Notes: generated by a model not told the origin, from the sequence alone. Numbered from the stretch's first letter, positions 10,492 through 20,354 are shown. The stretch: 64,000 nt of DNA from a candidate division WOR-3 bacterium (GCA_027053075.1 JALUEE010000033.1:1-64000), one strand, 5' to 3'. A program made the numbers and translations.

Positions 10492-12252
10492 ATGTCACGT
10501 AAAATCGTTTATCTCGGCATTTTAATAGCACTGGTTGGGGTATATTTTGCATTCAGACCCCGAACCAGGCTCGTTAAAATTGGGAATGGAAGGGTGGAGA
10601 ATTGTCTTTTATGCCACAATGACACACCTTCACCGGATAAAAACCATGCTAAAGAGGCACTTGGATGCTCCTCGTGCCATCTTGGCAATCCGTACGCCAC
10701 GAAAAAATCAGCAGCCCATGAGGGGATAGTTAAAAACCCTGCGAATCTCCCTTTCGCGGAGGTAACCTGTGGCGCATGTCACAAAGACCAGGTCCAAAGG
10801 GTGAAGCTCAGTATAATGGCGACCAATACAGGAATTATAAATACTTTACGATACCAGTGGAGTGAGATTCCGGAGCCCGAGGATACCATTACTCTCTACA
10901 ATATCGCGAGACTTCCTCAAACCCTCGCCGTGTCTCACTACAGGAAATTCTGCTCCACATGCCACATCTGGAAAAAACTCAATGACCTCAAAGGCGAGAT
11001 TGGGAAGAGAGGTGGAGGATGTATTGACTGCCACATAAAAAAGAAAAGTGGGCATGTTGCGATAACAACGAGGATTCCATCTGAAAACTGTACAAAGTGC
11101 CACAACAGAAGTGCGCGTGTGGGATTATCCTACTTTGGTAAGTACGAATCTGAAGGTTATGGTACACCTTACCTTCATGGCATGCCAAACCGCAATAGAC
11201 TCTCTGGCGGCAGATTTTACAGACATCTTTTGCCCGATATCCACTCCGAGTACGGCCTCGAATGTGTAGATTGTCATACGTCCACAGGATTAATGGGTGA
11301 TGGAAAACTACACCACCATGTAGAAAATCAGGTTGATATCTCATGCGAGGACTGTCATGATCCCTTTTTTCACATCGTTAAAAGCGACTCTGATTCAGCA
11401 GCCATCCTCGCTCGATTAAACCAGTTAATAAAAATCCAGCCTGGTGATACCGTTGCAGTGACGCGAAGGCACAATACACCTTTGTACAATGTGAAGCTTG
11501 AAAATGGTAAACTCTTTCTATTCCGAAAACTCAGGGGAGACAGCGTGGAGATTACACTGATGAGCGAATCTTCGTACCACACCTTAAAAGGTCACGAGGA
11601 GCTTTCCTGCCAGGCATGCCATTCAGCATGGATTCCGCAATGCTACGGTTGCCATGACATCTACAGAAAAGACCTGAAACAACTTGATAAGATAAGTTAC
11701 AAACGTACAAAAGGAAGATGGGAGGAGAGGAGAAGTTACCTGAGATACGAGCATCCTACCATTGCACACGGGCCTGAGGGCAAGATTTATCCTGTGGCTC
11801 CAGGCTGTCAGGTTTATCTTACAACCTTCAAAAATCCTGAAGTACTGGACAGTAGCATGAAGAGCTTTGCACTCGCTTTTTTTGATCCACATACAACGCG
11901 ACGCTCCTCAAGGACCTGTCAGGACTGCCATTTAAACCCCAAAACCATAGGTCTCGGGGAGGGTAATCTTTTCGTGAAGGATGGAAGGCTTGTTTTTAAG
12001 CCTATTTACGACGCGAAATCATCGTTTCTTGAAATCCCTCTTGAAAGTTTTACAGATTTGAAGGGAAATCCTTTACAGAAGGGCTCGAGACCTTATGTTA
12101 AACCTTTCACTCCAGCCGAAATCAGGAGGATTCTAAGAGCTGGCTATTGCATTCAGTGCCATTTATCCTACAGCGACCCGATATACAAAAAATTTGATCT
12201 GAGCCTTAAGGTTTTTCATCGCAAAGGATGCCCGGGCTCCAAGGGAGATTAA
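10492..12252 (+). CDS. Membrane-anchored multiheme c-type cytochrome (12 CxxCH)
   Basis: N-terminal hydrophobic anchor; CLLCH, CSSCH, CGACH, CSTCH, CIDCH, CTKCH, CVDCH, CEDCH, CQACH, CYGCH, CQDCH, CIQCH; start moved to 10492 because the upstream ATG lies inside the repeat. Confidence 0.88.
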   Translation: MSRKIVYLGILIALVGVYFAFRPRTRLVKIGNGRVENCLLCHNDTPSPDKNHAKEALGCSSCHLGNPYATKKSAAHEGIVKNPANLPFAEVTCGACHKDQVQRVKLSIMATNTGIINTLRYQWSEIPEPEDTITLYNIARLPQTLAVSHYRKFCSTCHIWKKLNDLKGEIGKRGGGCIDCHIKKKSGHVAITTRIPSENCTKCHNRSARVGLSYFGKYESEGYGTPYLHGMPNRNRLSGGRFYRHLLPDIHSEYGLECVDCHTSTGLMGDGKLHHHVENQVDISCEDCHDPFFHIVKSDSDSAAILARLNQLIKIQPGDTVAVTRRHNTPLYNVKLENGKLFLFRKLRGDSVEITLMSESSYHTLKGHEELSCQACHSAWIPQCYGCHDIYRKDLKQLDKISYKRTKGRWEERRSYLRYEHPTIAHGPEGKIYPVAPGCQVYLTTFKNPEVLDSSMKSFALAFFDPHTTRRSSRTCQDCHLNPKTIGLGEGNLFVKDGRLVFKPIYDAKSSFLEIPLESFTDLKGNPLQKGSRPYVKPFTPAEIRRILRAGYCIQCHLSYSDPIYKKFDLSLKVFHRKGCPGSKGD

Positions 12253-12483
12253 ATCTTTATTCAAAACGTCAGCACTTATCCATAACTATGCTCGAAAAAT
12301 TCAATTCCCTGTAAACAAGGGGATTTAAATATCTCGCTACCTCAGACCAATTTGGGCGGGGGTATTTTTTCGTCCAATATTTTTCAGGTCTTGCCCCTGA
12401 CCCCACTTTGTGTCTGGGATAAAAAACACGTGGAGCCCCATGAAATTCTAATAATCCGCAATTTTTCAAACAAACATATCACG

Positions 12484-12586
12484 AGTCTGTTGGAATATTC
12501 CCAAACGTAGGATATCCCTCTACCCGCATAAGTACTTGCGGAGAGAAGATGAATGTTAATCCAGAGTATGAACTTTTGAACAGACT
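12484..12586. mobile_element. MITE-like element, subfamily C, internally deleted copy
   Basis: Ends AGTCTGTT...AACAGACT; left part aligns to 17904-17968 including the CCCGCA-TAA.TACT-TGCGG hairpin; right part aligns to the ends at about 18150-18184 and 57491-57526. Confidence 0.65.
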
Positions 12587-12594
12587 ACACCTCC

Positions 12595-12626
12595 TTGACC
12601 AATTATTACTAAATTAGTTATAATTG
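12595..12626 (+). promoter_or_regulatory. Sigma70-like promoter overlapped by a palindromic operator
   Basis: TTGACC (12595) -N18- TATAAT (12619); CAATTATTACTAA-A-TTAGTTATAATTG inverted repeat (12/13 per arm) at 12600-12626. Confidence 0.65.
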
Positions 12627-12660
12627 TAGTGGTATCATTTAAGTATAGGAGGTTAGAAAA

Positions 12661-12834
12661 ATGATGTTTCTATTTTTATTGCTGGCACTTATCCCCGTCT
12701 ATTTTCTGTTAAAAAGAAATAACGGAATGGTGCATGGGCCACAAGATGCTCTTGAGATTCTCAAGATACGTTATGCAAGAGGTGAGTTAACAAAGGAAGA
12801 GTACGAAAGAATGAAACAGGACCTTGGAGGTTAG
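12661..12834 (+). CDS. Small SHOCT-domain membrane protein (57 aa, absent from the ORF track)
   Basis: AGGAGG RBS; MMFLFLLLALIPVYFLLKRNNGMVHGPQDALEILKIRYARGELTKEEYERMKQDLGG. Confidence 0.85.
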   Translation: MMFLFLLLALIPVYFLLKRNNGMVHGPQDALEILKIRYARGELTKEEYERMKQDLGG

Positions 12835-12835
12835 T

Positions 12836-13132
12836 ATGAAAAAACTGCTTTTATTTTTGTTTGGAGTATCGATAGCAAGTGCACATGGAGGATTTGGTGG
12901 AGGATGCTGTGGCGGATGGTGGCCATTTTGGGGAGCGGGCTATTTTGGAGGAATACTCGGAATAGTATTACTCGTTGGACTGATCTACCTGATTTTTGCA
13001 ATGGTCAGGAGAGATTCACACCCGGTACGCCATCAATCTTCTGCTCTTGAAATTTTAAAAATCCGGTATGCCAGAGGTGAAATTACCAAAGAGGAGTATG
13101 AAAGACTGAAGGCAGACCTCCTTGAGAATTAA
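12836..13132 (+). CDS. SHOCT-domain membrane protein
   Basis: Signal peptide, Gly-rich HGGFGGGCCGG segment, TM helix, ALEILKIRYARGEITKEEYE; GGAGG RBS before ATG 12836. Confidence 0.85.
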   Translation: MKKLLLFLFGVSIASAHGGFGGGCCGGWWPFWGAGYFGGILGIVLLVGLIYLIFAMVRRDSHPVRHQSSALEILKIRYARGEITKEEYERLKADLLEN

Positions 13133-13138
13133 AAAATA

Positions 13139-13176
13139 GAGTGGGGGCGGCGCCCGCAGGGCGCCGCCCCACACTC
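13139..13176. terminator. GC-rich palindrome family A between convergent genes; probable terminator
   Basis: GAGTGGGGGCGGCGCCC-GCA-GGGCGCCGCCCCACACTC; T-tract follows it on the minus strand. Confidence 0.75.
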
Positions 13177-13189
13177 AAAAATCACACCC

Positions 13190-14331
13190 CTAAAACCTCA
13201 AAAGTGCTCCTATGTGCCCAACAGACTCGAGAAGCGATTTATCAATCACATGCTCAACACCTGCCCCCTGCTCAATGGCCTCTTCAATAGCATCGTCGAC
13301 GATATCTGGCACCTTTACTGTCTTTGCCCCACACACAGGGCACGTATCTTCCACGGTACCAAGGAATCCGCACTTCGGACACCTTACACCTTCAACCTCG
13401 TATCCCTCTTCCACGATCAATGTTTGAACCTGATTATGCATCAGAGCATCCAGGGTATTTTTCAGACCAGCTACAGCCAGCTTGCCTTCTTTTAGTCTCT
13501 CTTTTAGCTCCTCCACAATTTTCCTCTCCTCCTCACGCTCATACTCTTGCTCTACTTTTCTCGCTCTATCCAGAATAGTTTCGATTTTATCTGTGGGCCT
13601 GGCATCAATTGTCCCTGCCATCTTCTGCCTCAACCTGAAGGGCAGGTAAAGCATCAGCTCATCCTTTACATCAGGAGACGCTCCGAGAATCAGGAGATCG
13701 AACTGTTTGGTCTCCATTAGGATGTCAATCATCTCCACGACTCTCAAAAAGTGCTCCGCAATCGCATAATCGTACTTTCTCTTTAACCTTGGAGGGGGAG
13801 ATTTGAGCCTCGCCTTTTGATTAATATCCACCACCTTCCCTGTATCCACTATCGCTCCCATGAACATTTCGTAAAACCTTGCCTTCTTGTGGTCTACCAC
13901 GGCAACCAGATATCTCTTGTACTCCTCTAAAAGGAGTGTGAGAGGTTTAATGTAGGGAGAATAGTCGAAAACTACTCTCTCCCTTAAAGCATTGGGCAGG
14001 TAGTAGACCTGAAATAGCCCTCTTGAATGTGAGGAAAATATCGCCACTCCTTTGACGATGAAAGGTTCAGGTTCTTTAACATCAACTGTTAAAGTTTCCT
14101 TCACGTATTTCTCTATCCTCTCAAAATCTTTTTAACCGAATCTTTTTGCTCAGGTGAAAAGCTGGACGACTCCAGCTTTTCAAGGGCCTCTTTTAACATC
14201 TTGCCCGTCCTCTCAACAAAATCTCCCCTCTCGGGGATAGTGGAAAGGTAAAAACTTGTTATCAAATTCTTACCATCGAAAAACTCTCTTAAGTCCCTGA
14301 GCATTTCGAAAGTTATCATCTTTCTCGCCAT
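13190..14331 (-). pseudogene. Bacterial aeRF1/pelota-like (baeRF10-type) protein with zinc ribbon, split by a 1-nt frameshift
   Basis: ORFs 14113-14331 and 13190-14104 fuse into one 380-aa frame if the A5 run at 14129-14133 is A6; eRF1_3-like C-terminus (AVAGL..TLDAL, CPKC/CPVC, IGALLRF). Confidence 0.7.
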
Positions 14332-14489
14332 TTTCCACCTCCTTTGTGGATTTTCTCGATAGAAAAATATGAATCTGTGTCCTAACAGTCAAGATGAGTT
14401 GAGTTTGTCCAGGGTTCATAAACCAACTTGACTTAAATTCGATCTGTGGGATTCCTTTTAAATCTTGTTAAAAGCAATCTGACCAGAGA

Positions 14490-16175
14490 TTATTCCTTGA
14501 AAATTTTATCGAGCACTTCTTTAAAGAGAGGGGCTTTTTCGTCAAGGGTTTTCAAGAAATCTCTATTGGACAATTTCCCTTCCCTCAGGAAATTCCTGGC
14601 GATTTCCATGAGCTTCTCGATATTTTCTTTGTGCATGGAGAACCTTGCCTCTGCGTAATCCCTCGCCGACCATGTGGTTATCAAAAACTGCCAGTCAGAA
14701 GCCTGTAATAAAAGTAGCTGTCTTACAAGCAAGCTCCAGAGAAGTTGTGCATCATCACCGTCCTTAGCTTTGAGTTCATCGAGAATGGGATATATGCGGG
14801 ATTCCACACTATAAATGTGTTTCCATGTCCATTCGGTGTTCTCGTTTAACCACACCCAGTGAAATCCACCCTCTCCCCATGAACCCTCGGGAAGGGTAAC
14901 AACCTCTACCGGTGGATATTTTCCAAAATATTCGCTTAAGGTAACGGTTTTAACGTTCCCCCTTGCGTTTAGTTTTTTAATCACCAGGTAAAGCCACCCT
15001 GGTCCCTCAAACCACCAGTGTCCAAAAAGCTCTGAATCGTATGGAGAAACAACGATTGGAGGCCTTTCATCCATCTGATTTGAGGTTACAATCCCCTCGA
15101 CGATCCCAACAAAATGCTCAGATTGCTCTTCAAGGGGGCCCCTTGTCGCCTGAGGGTCATACTCCTCTTTTGCGGCAAGGTCTGCTTTGGGGTCAGTGAC
15201 TCTCCAGTATTTATGGCCACCGGGGAAGTGTCTCTTGTGAAATTCAAGGTAATTGGGATTACCGGGGTATCCCCAATCTCTTGACCATACCTGGAGAGCG
15301 GATTCGGGGTCACGGGTGAAGAACCCTACGGGTTTATCCCGGTTAGGTGAGATAGCGTAATAAGGCTTGTATGGTTTTCTTTCCGTCTCTGCGATGATGT
15401 TAACTTCTTTTTGAAATTTCTCCCAGAGGGCTTTTAGGCCCTCAAATATGCTGAGATAAGTGCCAATTGCCTTACCCCCTTTTAGAAGATGCTGATCAAC
15501 GAGGAAGTAATTTATCCCGTACTTGCTATAAAACTCTTCCACTCCGGCTCTATCATACTCTGGATAGTCTCCGACCGGGGGCTTCCATCTATAGGCCGGG
15601 CGATAGGCGAGCTCAGGTGGCCAGATACCCTCTGGTTTAACCCCGAGATTGTGTAGATACGCCTCTTTCCCCACTCTCACCTGCAGGTCAACAGATTCGT
15701 CTTTTAACAGGAGAGGCAGGTATCCATGTGTGGCGGCAGATGTGATGATTTCAATTTGCCCCTCATCCTGAAGTTTTTTAAACTGTCCCAGAATGTCTTC
15801 GTTGATTTTTTCGAAATACTCGAGGGTTTGGGAATAGAAGTCTATCCAGAAGTGGGCAACTTTTTCACGCCTTTTAAATCCAAGTTTTGCAAACTCTTTC
15901 TGATCAATTTTTGCAGATTCAATTTTATTTTTGACGTATTCCTTAAAGCCAGATTTAAATCTCGGGTCGCGGAGTTGTTCCTGCAGAACGGGGGTTATGC
16001 CAATGGTAATGGCTGGTGTAATACCTTCCTCGGCGAGTTTGTTGAGGACTTTGAGGATGGGAATGTAGGTTTCGGCGGTGGCCTCATGGAGCCATTCGGC
16101 TCCATGAGGCCACCGCCCATGCCCCACCACATAGGGCAGGTGAGAATGTAATACAAAAGCCAGGTAACCCTTCAT
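14490..16175 (-). CDS. GH57 family 1,4-alpha-glucan branching enzyme (DUF1957)
   Basis: LHSHLPYV, ETYIP, ATHGYLPLL, GIWPPE nucleophile, PYDSELFGHWWFEG, QASDW. Confidence 0.9.
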   Translation of the reverse strand: MKGYLAFVLHSHLPYVVGHGRWPHGAEWLHEATAETYIPILKVLNKLAEEGITPAITIGITPVLQEQLRDPRFKSGFKEYVKNKIESAKIDQKEFAKLGFKRREKVAHFWIDFYSQTLEYFEKINEDILGQFKKLQDEGQIEIITSAATHGYLPLLLKDESVDLQVRVGKEAYLHNLGVKPEGIWPPELAYRPAYRWKPPVGDYPEYDRAGVEEFYSKYGINYFLVDQHLLKGGKAIGTYLSIFEGLKALWEKFQKEVNIIAETERKPYKPYYAISPNRDKPVGFFTRDPESALQVWSRDWGYPGNPNYLEFHKRHFPGGHKYWRVTDPKADLAAKEEYDPQATRGPLEEQSEHFVGIVEGIVTSNQMDERPPIVVSPYDSELFGHWWFEGPGWLYLVIKKLNARGNVKTVTLSEYFGKYPPVEVVTLPEGSWGEGGFHWVWLNENTEWTWKHIYSVESRIYPILDELKAKDGDDAQLLWSLLVRQLLLLQASDWQFLITTWSARDYAEARFSMHKENIEKLMEIARNFLREGKLSNRDFLKTLDEKAPLFKEVLDKIFKE

Positions 16176-16210
16176 CCCCTAATTATAATTCACGTTAATT
16201 GTTCTTACTA

Positions 16211-17857
16211 TCAGCGAACCATGATGACCGCTTTCTCCTTCCTTGTCTCTGTGGCGCAATAGATTATGTAAAGACCACTCCCCACTTTCCTTCCCCACAT
16301 ATCTGTTCCATCCCATCTGACAATGTAAATTCCTTTCTCTCCATCAATCAGCTTCCTTACAATTCTGCCCCGGATGTCAAACACATATAGTAATACCTTT
16401 TCTCCCGGTTCAGCGTTGAGTTTTATCACAAAATTGCCAGAATCCCTTTTAAAAACCTTACTCGATAAGAGTATTAAATCTCTGGATTCGTGAAAATTTG
16501 ATATGGAATTTATTCTGCCAGGAGTGGCACCGGCAGAGGCTCTTGATGACCCCCAGTTTTCTCTCAAATTTGTCGATACACCGGGAGAAACTCTTTCGAG
16601 TGAAATACCATGTGCGCCGCCCCATGAGGATGAGTATCTAAGCGAATCTACAACATTATTTGCCCCATCAAGGAGAACAACCGATTCGTAGTTGTTATTG
16701 AGTGTGGGAAAATTATCAAGCTCGATGAAGTTGGTTACGCCCGGGAATCGCTCAACGAATGTAGCAGAATCAGCGGCGAATACAAAGTATTCATGTGCGT
16801 TAAGAGCGATTTGCGGCGCAGGAGCAGATACGTGGCCAGATGCGTCTTTCACATGGAATCCGGCAAGCTGTATTTGAGAGGTGGTATTGTTATAAATCTC
16901 AATCCATTCGACAGTGTCATCGTACATTACCTCGTTGATCACCACTGGAGAAAGGGAAACGGGTATAAACAGTCTCACGGTATCGTTTGCCGGATTTTCA
17001 TCATGTTCAATGTGCACGGAAACAAGCAGATTTATATAAGGCTCTGTAATCTCCGGAGTTGTGAGCTCTACCCCCGTTGTGTCTCCGCGGTTAAGGTGAA
17101 TAAAAAGAGTCTGTGTGCTTGAAAATCCATCTATAAGAGATACAGTGAAAGAGTCAGTGGGATAGATCCCAAAATTTTTTATCCATACATGCAGATGAAA
17201 CTGGGCTCCGGAGATTGCTGTATCATGGGAGACTCTGAGAATACCCAGGTCATGCCAGACTGTCAGGGAATTTCTTCGGCCAGGGGTTGAGCCCGTAGTG
17301 TCCCTCGATAATCCCCAGTTGGACTCAATATCTGGCGAAAAAGGGTCAATGCGTTCCACGGATATACCGTCAGGTGGATTTATGGGAATAGAGTCCCGGG
17401 GGTTGGCGGGCGTTCCGTACGTATCGAGAGTGTCCCAAGATGGCGATATGAGATACAGTGGGTCATTATTTGAAAGTCCATTTCCAATGTCGTTATCATT
17501 GGTGGTCAGTATGATGGTTCCAGCAGGAATGTTGTAAGGTTGTGAAACATCACTTGAATCCATGTATTCTCTATCGAGAATCAGGGCATAGCCATGAGGT
17601 GGAATTTCATAGGAATCAAGAATAACACCGGGGTATAAACTCAGGATAGAAGAGTCCGGGAAAAGGGTTAAGGTGTCTATTTCGTCTCCATCGGAGATAA
17701 AGAAGTTCAGGAGTGATGCAGCAACTGAGTCCGGATTATATATTTCCACAAATTCGTTTTTGTCGCCGGAAGTTGCTTCTGGTCCGCGAGGATTGGCCAT
17801 AACCTCGTTGATAATAGGATGTGACAATAGCAAAAGTAAAACCAGAACCTCCTGCAT
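16211..17857 (-). CDS. Secreted lamin-tail-domain protein with FlgD/T9SS-like C-terminal domain
   Basis: Two IINEVM...E(F/W)(V/I)EIYN lamin-tail repeats ending TPGR.NS; VFDIRGR...WDG...SGLYII tail. Confidence 0.8.
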   Translation of the reverse strand: MQEVLVLLLLLSHPIINEVMANPRGPEATSGDKNEFVEIYNPDSVAASLLNFFISDGDEIDTLTLFPDSSILSLYPGVILDSYEIPPHGYALILDREYMDSSDVSQPYNIPAGTIILTTNDNDIGNGLSNNDPLYLISPSWDTLDTYGTPANPRDSIPINPPDGISVERIDPFSPDIESNWGLSRDTTGSTPGRRNSLTVWHDLGILRVSHDTAISGAQFHLHVWIKNFGIYPTDSFTVSLIDGFSSTQTLFIHLNRGDTTGVELTTPEITEPYINLLVSVHIEHDENPANDTVRLFIPVSLSPVVINEVMYDDTVEWIEIYNNTTSQIQLAGFHVKDASGHVSAPAPQIALNAHEYFVFAADSATFVERFPGVTNFIELDNFPTLNNNYESVVLLDGANNVVDSLRYSSSWGGAHGISLERVSPGVSTNLRENWGSSRASAGATPGRINSISNFHESRDLILLSSKVFKRDSGNFVIKLNAEPGEKVLLYVFDIRGRIVRKLIDGEKGIYIVRWDGTDMWGRKVGSGLYIIYCATETRKEKAVIMVR

Positions 17858-17863
17858 TCAAAA

Positions 17864-17892
17864 ATTGTAAAAAATTGCGACGACAGTGTCAA
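17864..17892 (-). promoter_or_regulatory. Sigma70 promoter giving a probable leaderless transcript
   Basis: TTGACA-N17-TACAAT-N6-ATG(17857), no Shine-Dalgarno. Confidence 0.7.
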
Positions 17893-17901
17893 CAATCAGA
17901 G

Positions 17902-18185
17902 AAGCTGTTCGAAAATTTCCGAGCGTAAAATACTCCTCTCCCCGCATAAATACTTGCGGGGAGAGGATAAAGGGAGAGGGGCTACATATTTCAAATTTTT
18001 GCATAAAATGAACGATCAGACTTACTTGCTTACCCAGAGACAGAATGTCTTTATTTCAAATTTTAATTTTCAAGCGGAATGCCCCCTCCCAGAACCCTCC
18101 CCCACTTGCTTTGCAAGTGGGGGAGGGAAACTTGGTATAGTTGTTTCTCAGATGTGGATTCAGAGAATGGATTTTCTAATAGGCA
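17902..18185. mobile_element. MITE-like element, subfamily C copy 1
   Basis: Ends CTGTTCGAAAAT / ATTTTCTAATAG; hairpin 1 at about 17934-17967, hairpin 2 at 18095-18127 (15-bp stem, TTT loop); homologous to 57261-57527. Confidence 0.7.
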
Positions 18186-18353
18186 TACGATCGTTAATCT
18201 CTAAACCCTTTAATTCAAACTGTTGCTTTACCTTAAAATCATCTATCATACTCCATATAACCTCTGTTAATGGAGGATTCTGAGCATGATGTTTCGAAAA
18301 ATGACCGGCTGGTAAGTTGACTTTTAGAGAATGCTCATTTAATACTAAAAGGC

Positions 18354-18929
18354 ATGAAAGGAAAGACAAGGAAGGAAATTGATAGAGCTCTGAAAAAAGA
18401 AGAAATCTTACGTGCCGCTCTCAAGCTTTTTCTTGAGAAAGGCATTAGAGAGACAAAATTAGAGGAAATTGCAGAGAGCGTTTATCTCACAAAGCCCACA
18501 ATTTATTACTATTTCAAAAGTAAGGAAGATATCGTGGATGCTCTTATTGAAAAGGGATGGAACCAGCTTCTTGACGTTGCAAAGAGGAATTTTGACCTCG
18601 ACAATCCCAGAGATTCTCTTTTCAGGATAATTGAAGAGCAGATGGAGCTTTACAAAAACAAGTATGAGCTCCTGAAATTCCTTTTCATCTCATCGAATCA
18701 GGTGAGTGAGTATGAGAATGGCTCAATAAAGCCATGGGCTGTGGCAAAGAATGAGCTTATGGACATGTACGAAGAACTCCTTATAAAACTTGTGGGAGAA
18801 GATAAAGTTTCAGTTGTGCAAAAGGCCATAGGTGGTTTGATTCATGGAATTTTAAACCTCGGGAGACCTCCCGAGGATAAAGATTTCGAAAAAGCGATGG
18901 AGTACCTTAAAAAGATTATTGAGGAATGA
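18354..18929 (+). CDS. TetR/AcrR family transcriptional regulator
   Basis: ILRAALKLFLEKG...EEIAE...KPTIYYYFKSKEDI helix-turn-helix. Confidence 0.92.
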   Translation: MKGKTRKEIDRALKKEEILRAALKLFLEKGIRETKLEEIAESVYLTKPTIYYYFKSKEDIVDALIEKGWNQLLDVAKRNFDLDNPRDSLFRIIEEQMELYKNKYELLKFLFISSNQVSEYENGSIKPWAVAKNELMDMYEELLIKLVGEDKVSVVQKAIGGLIHGILNLGRPPEDKDFEKAMEYLKKIIEE

Positions 18930-19717
18930 ATTTTCTTCTTTTCTTAGTGGTTGGATTAAGGGTCATTTCCCTTGTTCCCAGCGTTACAGAAACAATTTAC
19001 CTGCTTCATGCAGATTCGGTACTCGTAGCAAATACCATCTATGGTGACTATCCCCCAGCAGCCAGAAAAAAGCCCAAAGTGGGTGATATGCTCAATCCAA
19101 AGATTGATAAGATCATTAAATTGAAGCCAGATTACGTCTTTGTGACCCTTCCCATGCAGAAATTTGTAGCCCAGAAGTTAGAAAAGCTGGGTCTCAAGGT
19201 CATAGCTGTTTCGCCGGAATCAATTGAAGGGATATTAAGGACCATAGAGATTGTTGGAAAGTACACGCATCACGAAGCGCGAGCGCGCTTCGTTGTGGAC
19301 AGCTTGAGAGCAATCCTTGACAGCCTCAAGAAAACAGTGCCACGTAAAAAGTTGAGAACCTATTTCGAGCTTTCTCCAAGACCACTTTACACTGCAGGTG
19401 GAAAGTCTTTCATCAACGAGGTTATCTCCATTGCCGGTGGAGTGAATATTTTCGGAAGACTTAAAGTCCCATACCCCGTAGTCAGGCAGGAAGATGTGAT
19501 AAGGGCCGATCCCGAGATTATCCTGCTGAGTTACCCCCATGCAAGTCCCTCAGCCGTAAAGAAAAGGATAGGCTGGGATAAGATTACCGCGGTCAGGAAA
19601 AACTGTATTTTTAAGCTGGAGCCTGCTCTTTTTGATAGGCCCGGCCCGAGGGTTTTTAAGGCTATCTTTGAATTGAGGAAACTGATCCAGGGGTGTATTT
19701 CTTCAAAACAGCCCTGA
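18926..19717 (+). CDS. Cobalamin/Fe-siderophore periplasmic binding protein (BtuF-like)
   Basis: RVISLVPSVTETIY, AGGVNIF, DPEII and RPGPR motifs. Confidence 0.8.
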   Translation: MNFLLFLVVGLRVISLVPSVTETIYLLHADSVLVANTIYGDYPPAARKKPKVGDMLNPKIDKIIKLKPDYVFVTLPMQKFVAQKLEKLGLKVIAVSPESIEGILRTIEIVGKYTHHEARARFVVDSLRAILDSLKKTVPRKKLRTYFELSPRPLYTAGGKSFINEVISIAGGVNIFGRLKVPYPVVRQEDVIRADPEIILLSYPHASPSAVKKRIGWDKITAVRKNCIFKLEPALFDRPGPRVFKAIFELRKLIQGCISSKQP

Positions 19718-20354
19718 TGCTACCAAATTTAAGCTTCGAATGCAGCTTTAATGGCTCATGATACGGTGAATCCTCGCTGATCCACAATCTGAAATCTCCA
19801 CCTTCTTTAAAAACTCCTCCCTTCTCAAATCTTATGGTTACTTCAAGAGCTTTTTTGCCATTCACACTGTCCTCCCTTTCGGGGATAATCTTTGCCCTGG
19901 TTGTTATTTTGTCCACATGGTAGAGGAGGGAAAGAGTGTCTTTTGAAAGGGGGAGTAGCCTTGTGATATAGATAAGTGAAAGTGGATCGTGAAACGGAGG
20001 TGTTTTTATCACGGTATCTGAGTATACCGCCGTGCTGTCCGACATAATGTAAATCATAGATGATCTGGCGTGGTATCCTCCCTCGTTCAGCACCTTTTCG
20101 TACTTAACCGTGTGCAGCTCTGAGGTATCAATGTATGAATCAATCCTATCCTGAACCCTGAAAAAGTAAGAGAAAGTGCCAGTTGACCTGAGCGTGAGCG
20201 ATAGATGATAGCATGGAATCCCTTCAATCTTCTTGATGTCGGGCGAGACCGTAAGCTCCAAAATCCCCGCTTTGATGGGGCCAAAATAAACGTTCATAGA
20301 GATTTTTTCCCCACGGGGGAGGGAAAGCGCCAGTATGAGGAGCAGAGTGGTCAT
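19662..20354 (-). CDS. DUF3108-like exported protein
   Basis: Signal peptide, GE.....YFGPIKAG, FFRVQDRIDSYID, DPLSLIY, LWISED, LKFGSI. Confidence 0.65.
   Translation of the reverse strand: MTTLLLILALSLPRGEKISMNVYFGPIKAGILELTVSPDIKKIEGIPCYHLSLTLRSTGTFSYFFRVQDRIDSYIDTSELHTVKYEKVLNEGGYHARSSMIYIMSDSTAVYSDTVIKTPPFHDPLSLIYITRLLPLSKDTLSLLYHVDKITTRAKIIPEREDSVNGKKALEVTIRFEKGGVFKEGGDFRLWISEDSPYHEPLKLHSKLKFGSIRAVLKKYTPGSVSSIQR

Noticed and set aside
18186..18925. Cobalamin riboswitch ahead of the BtuF-like gene
   Set aside because: No B12-box-like sequence recognised; the gene is coupled directly to tetR.
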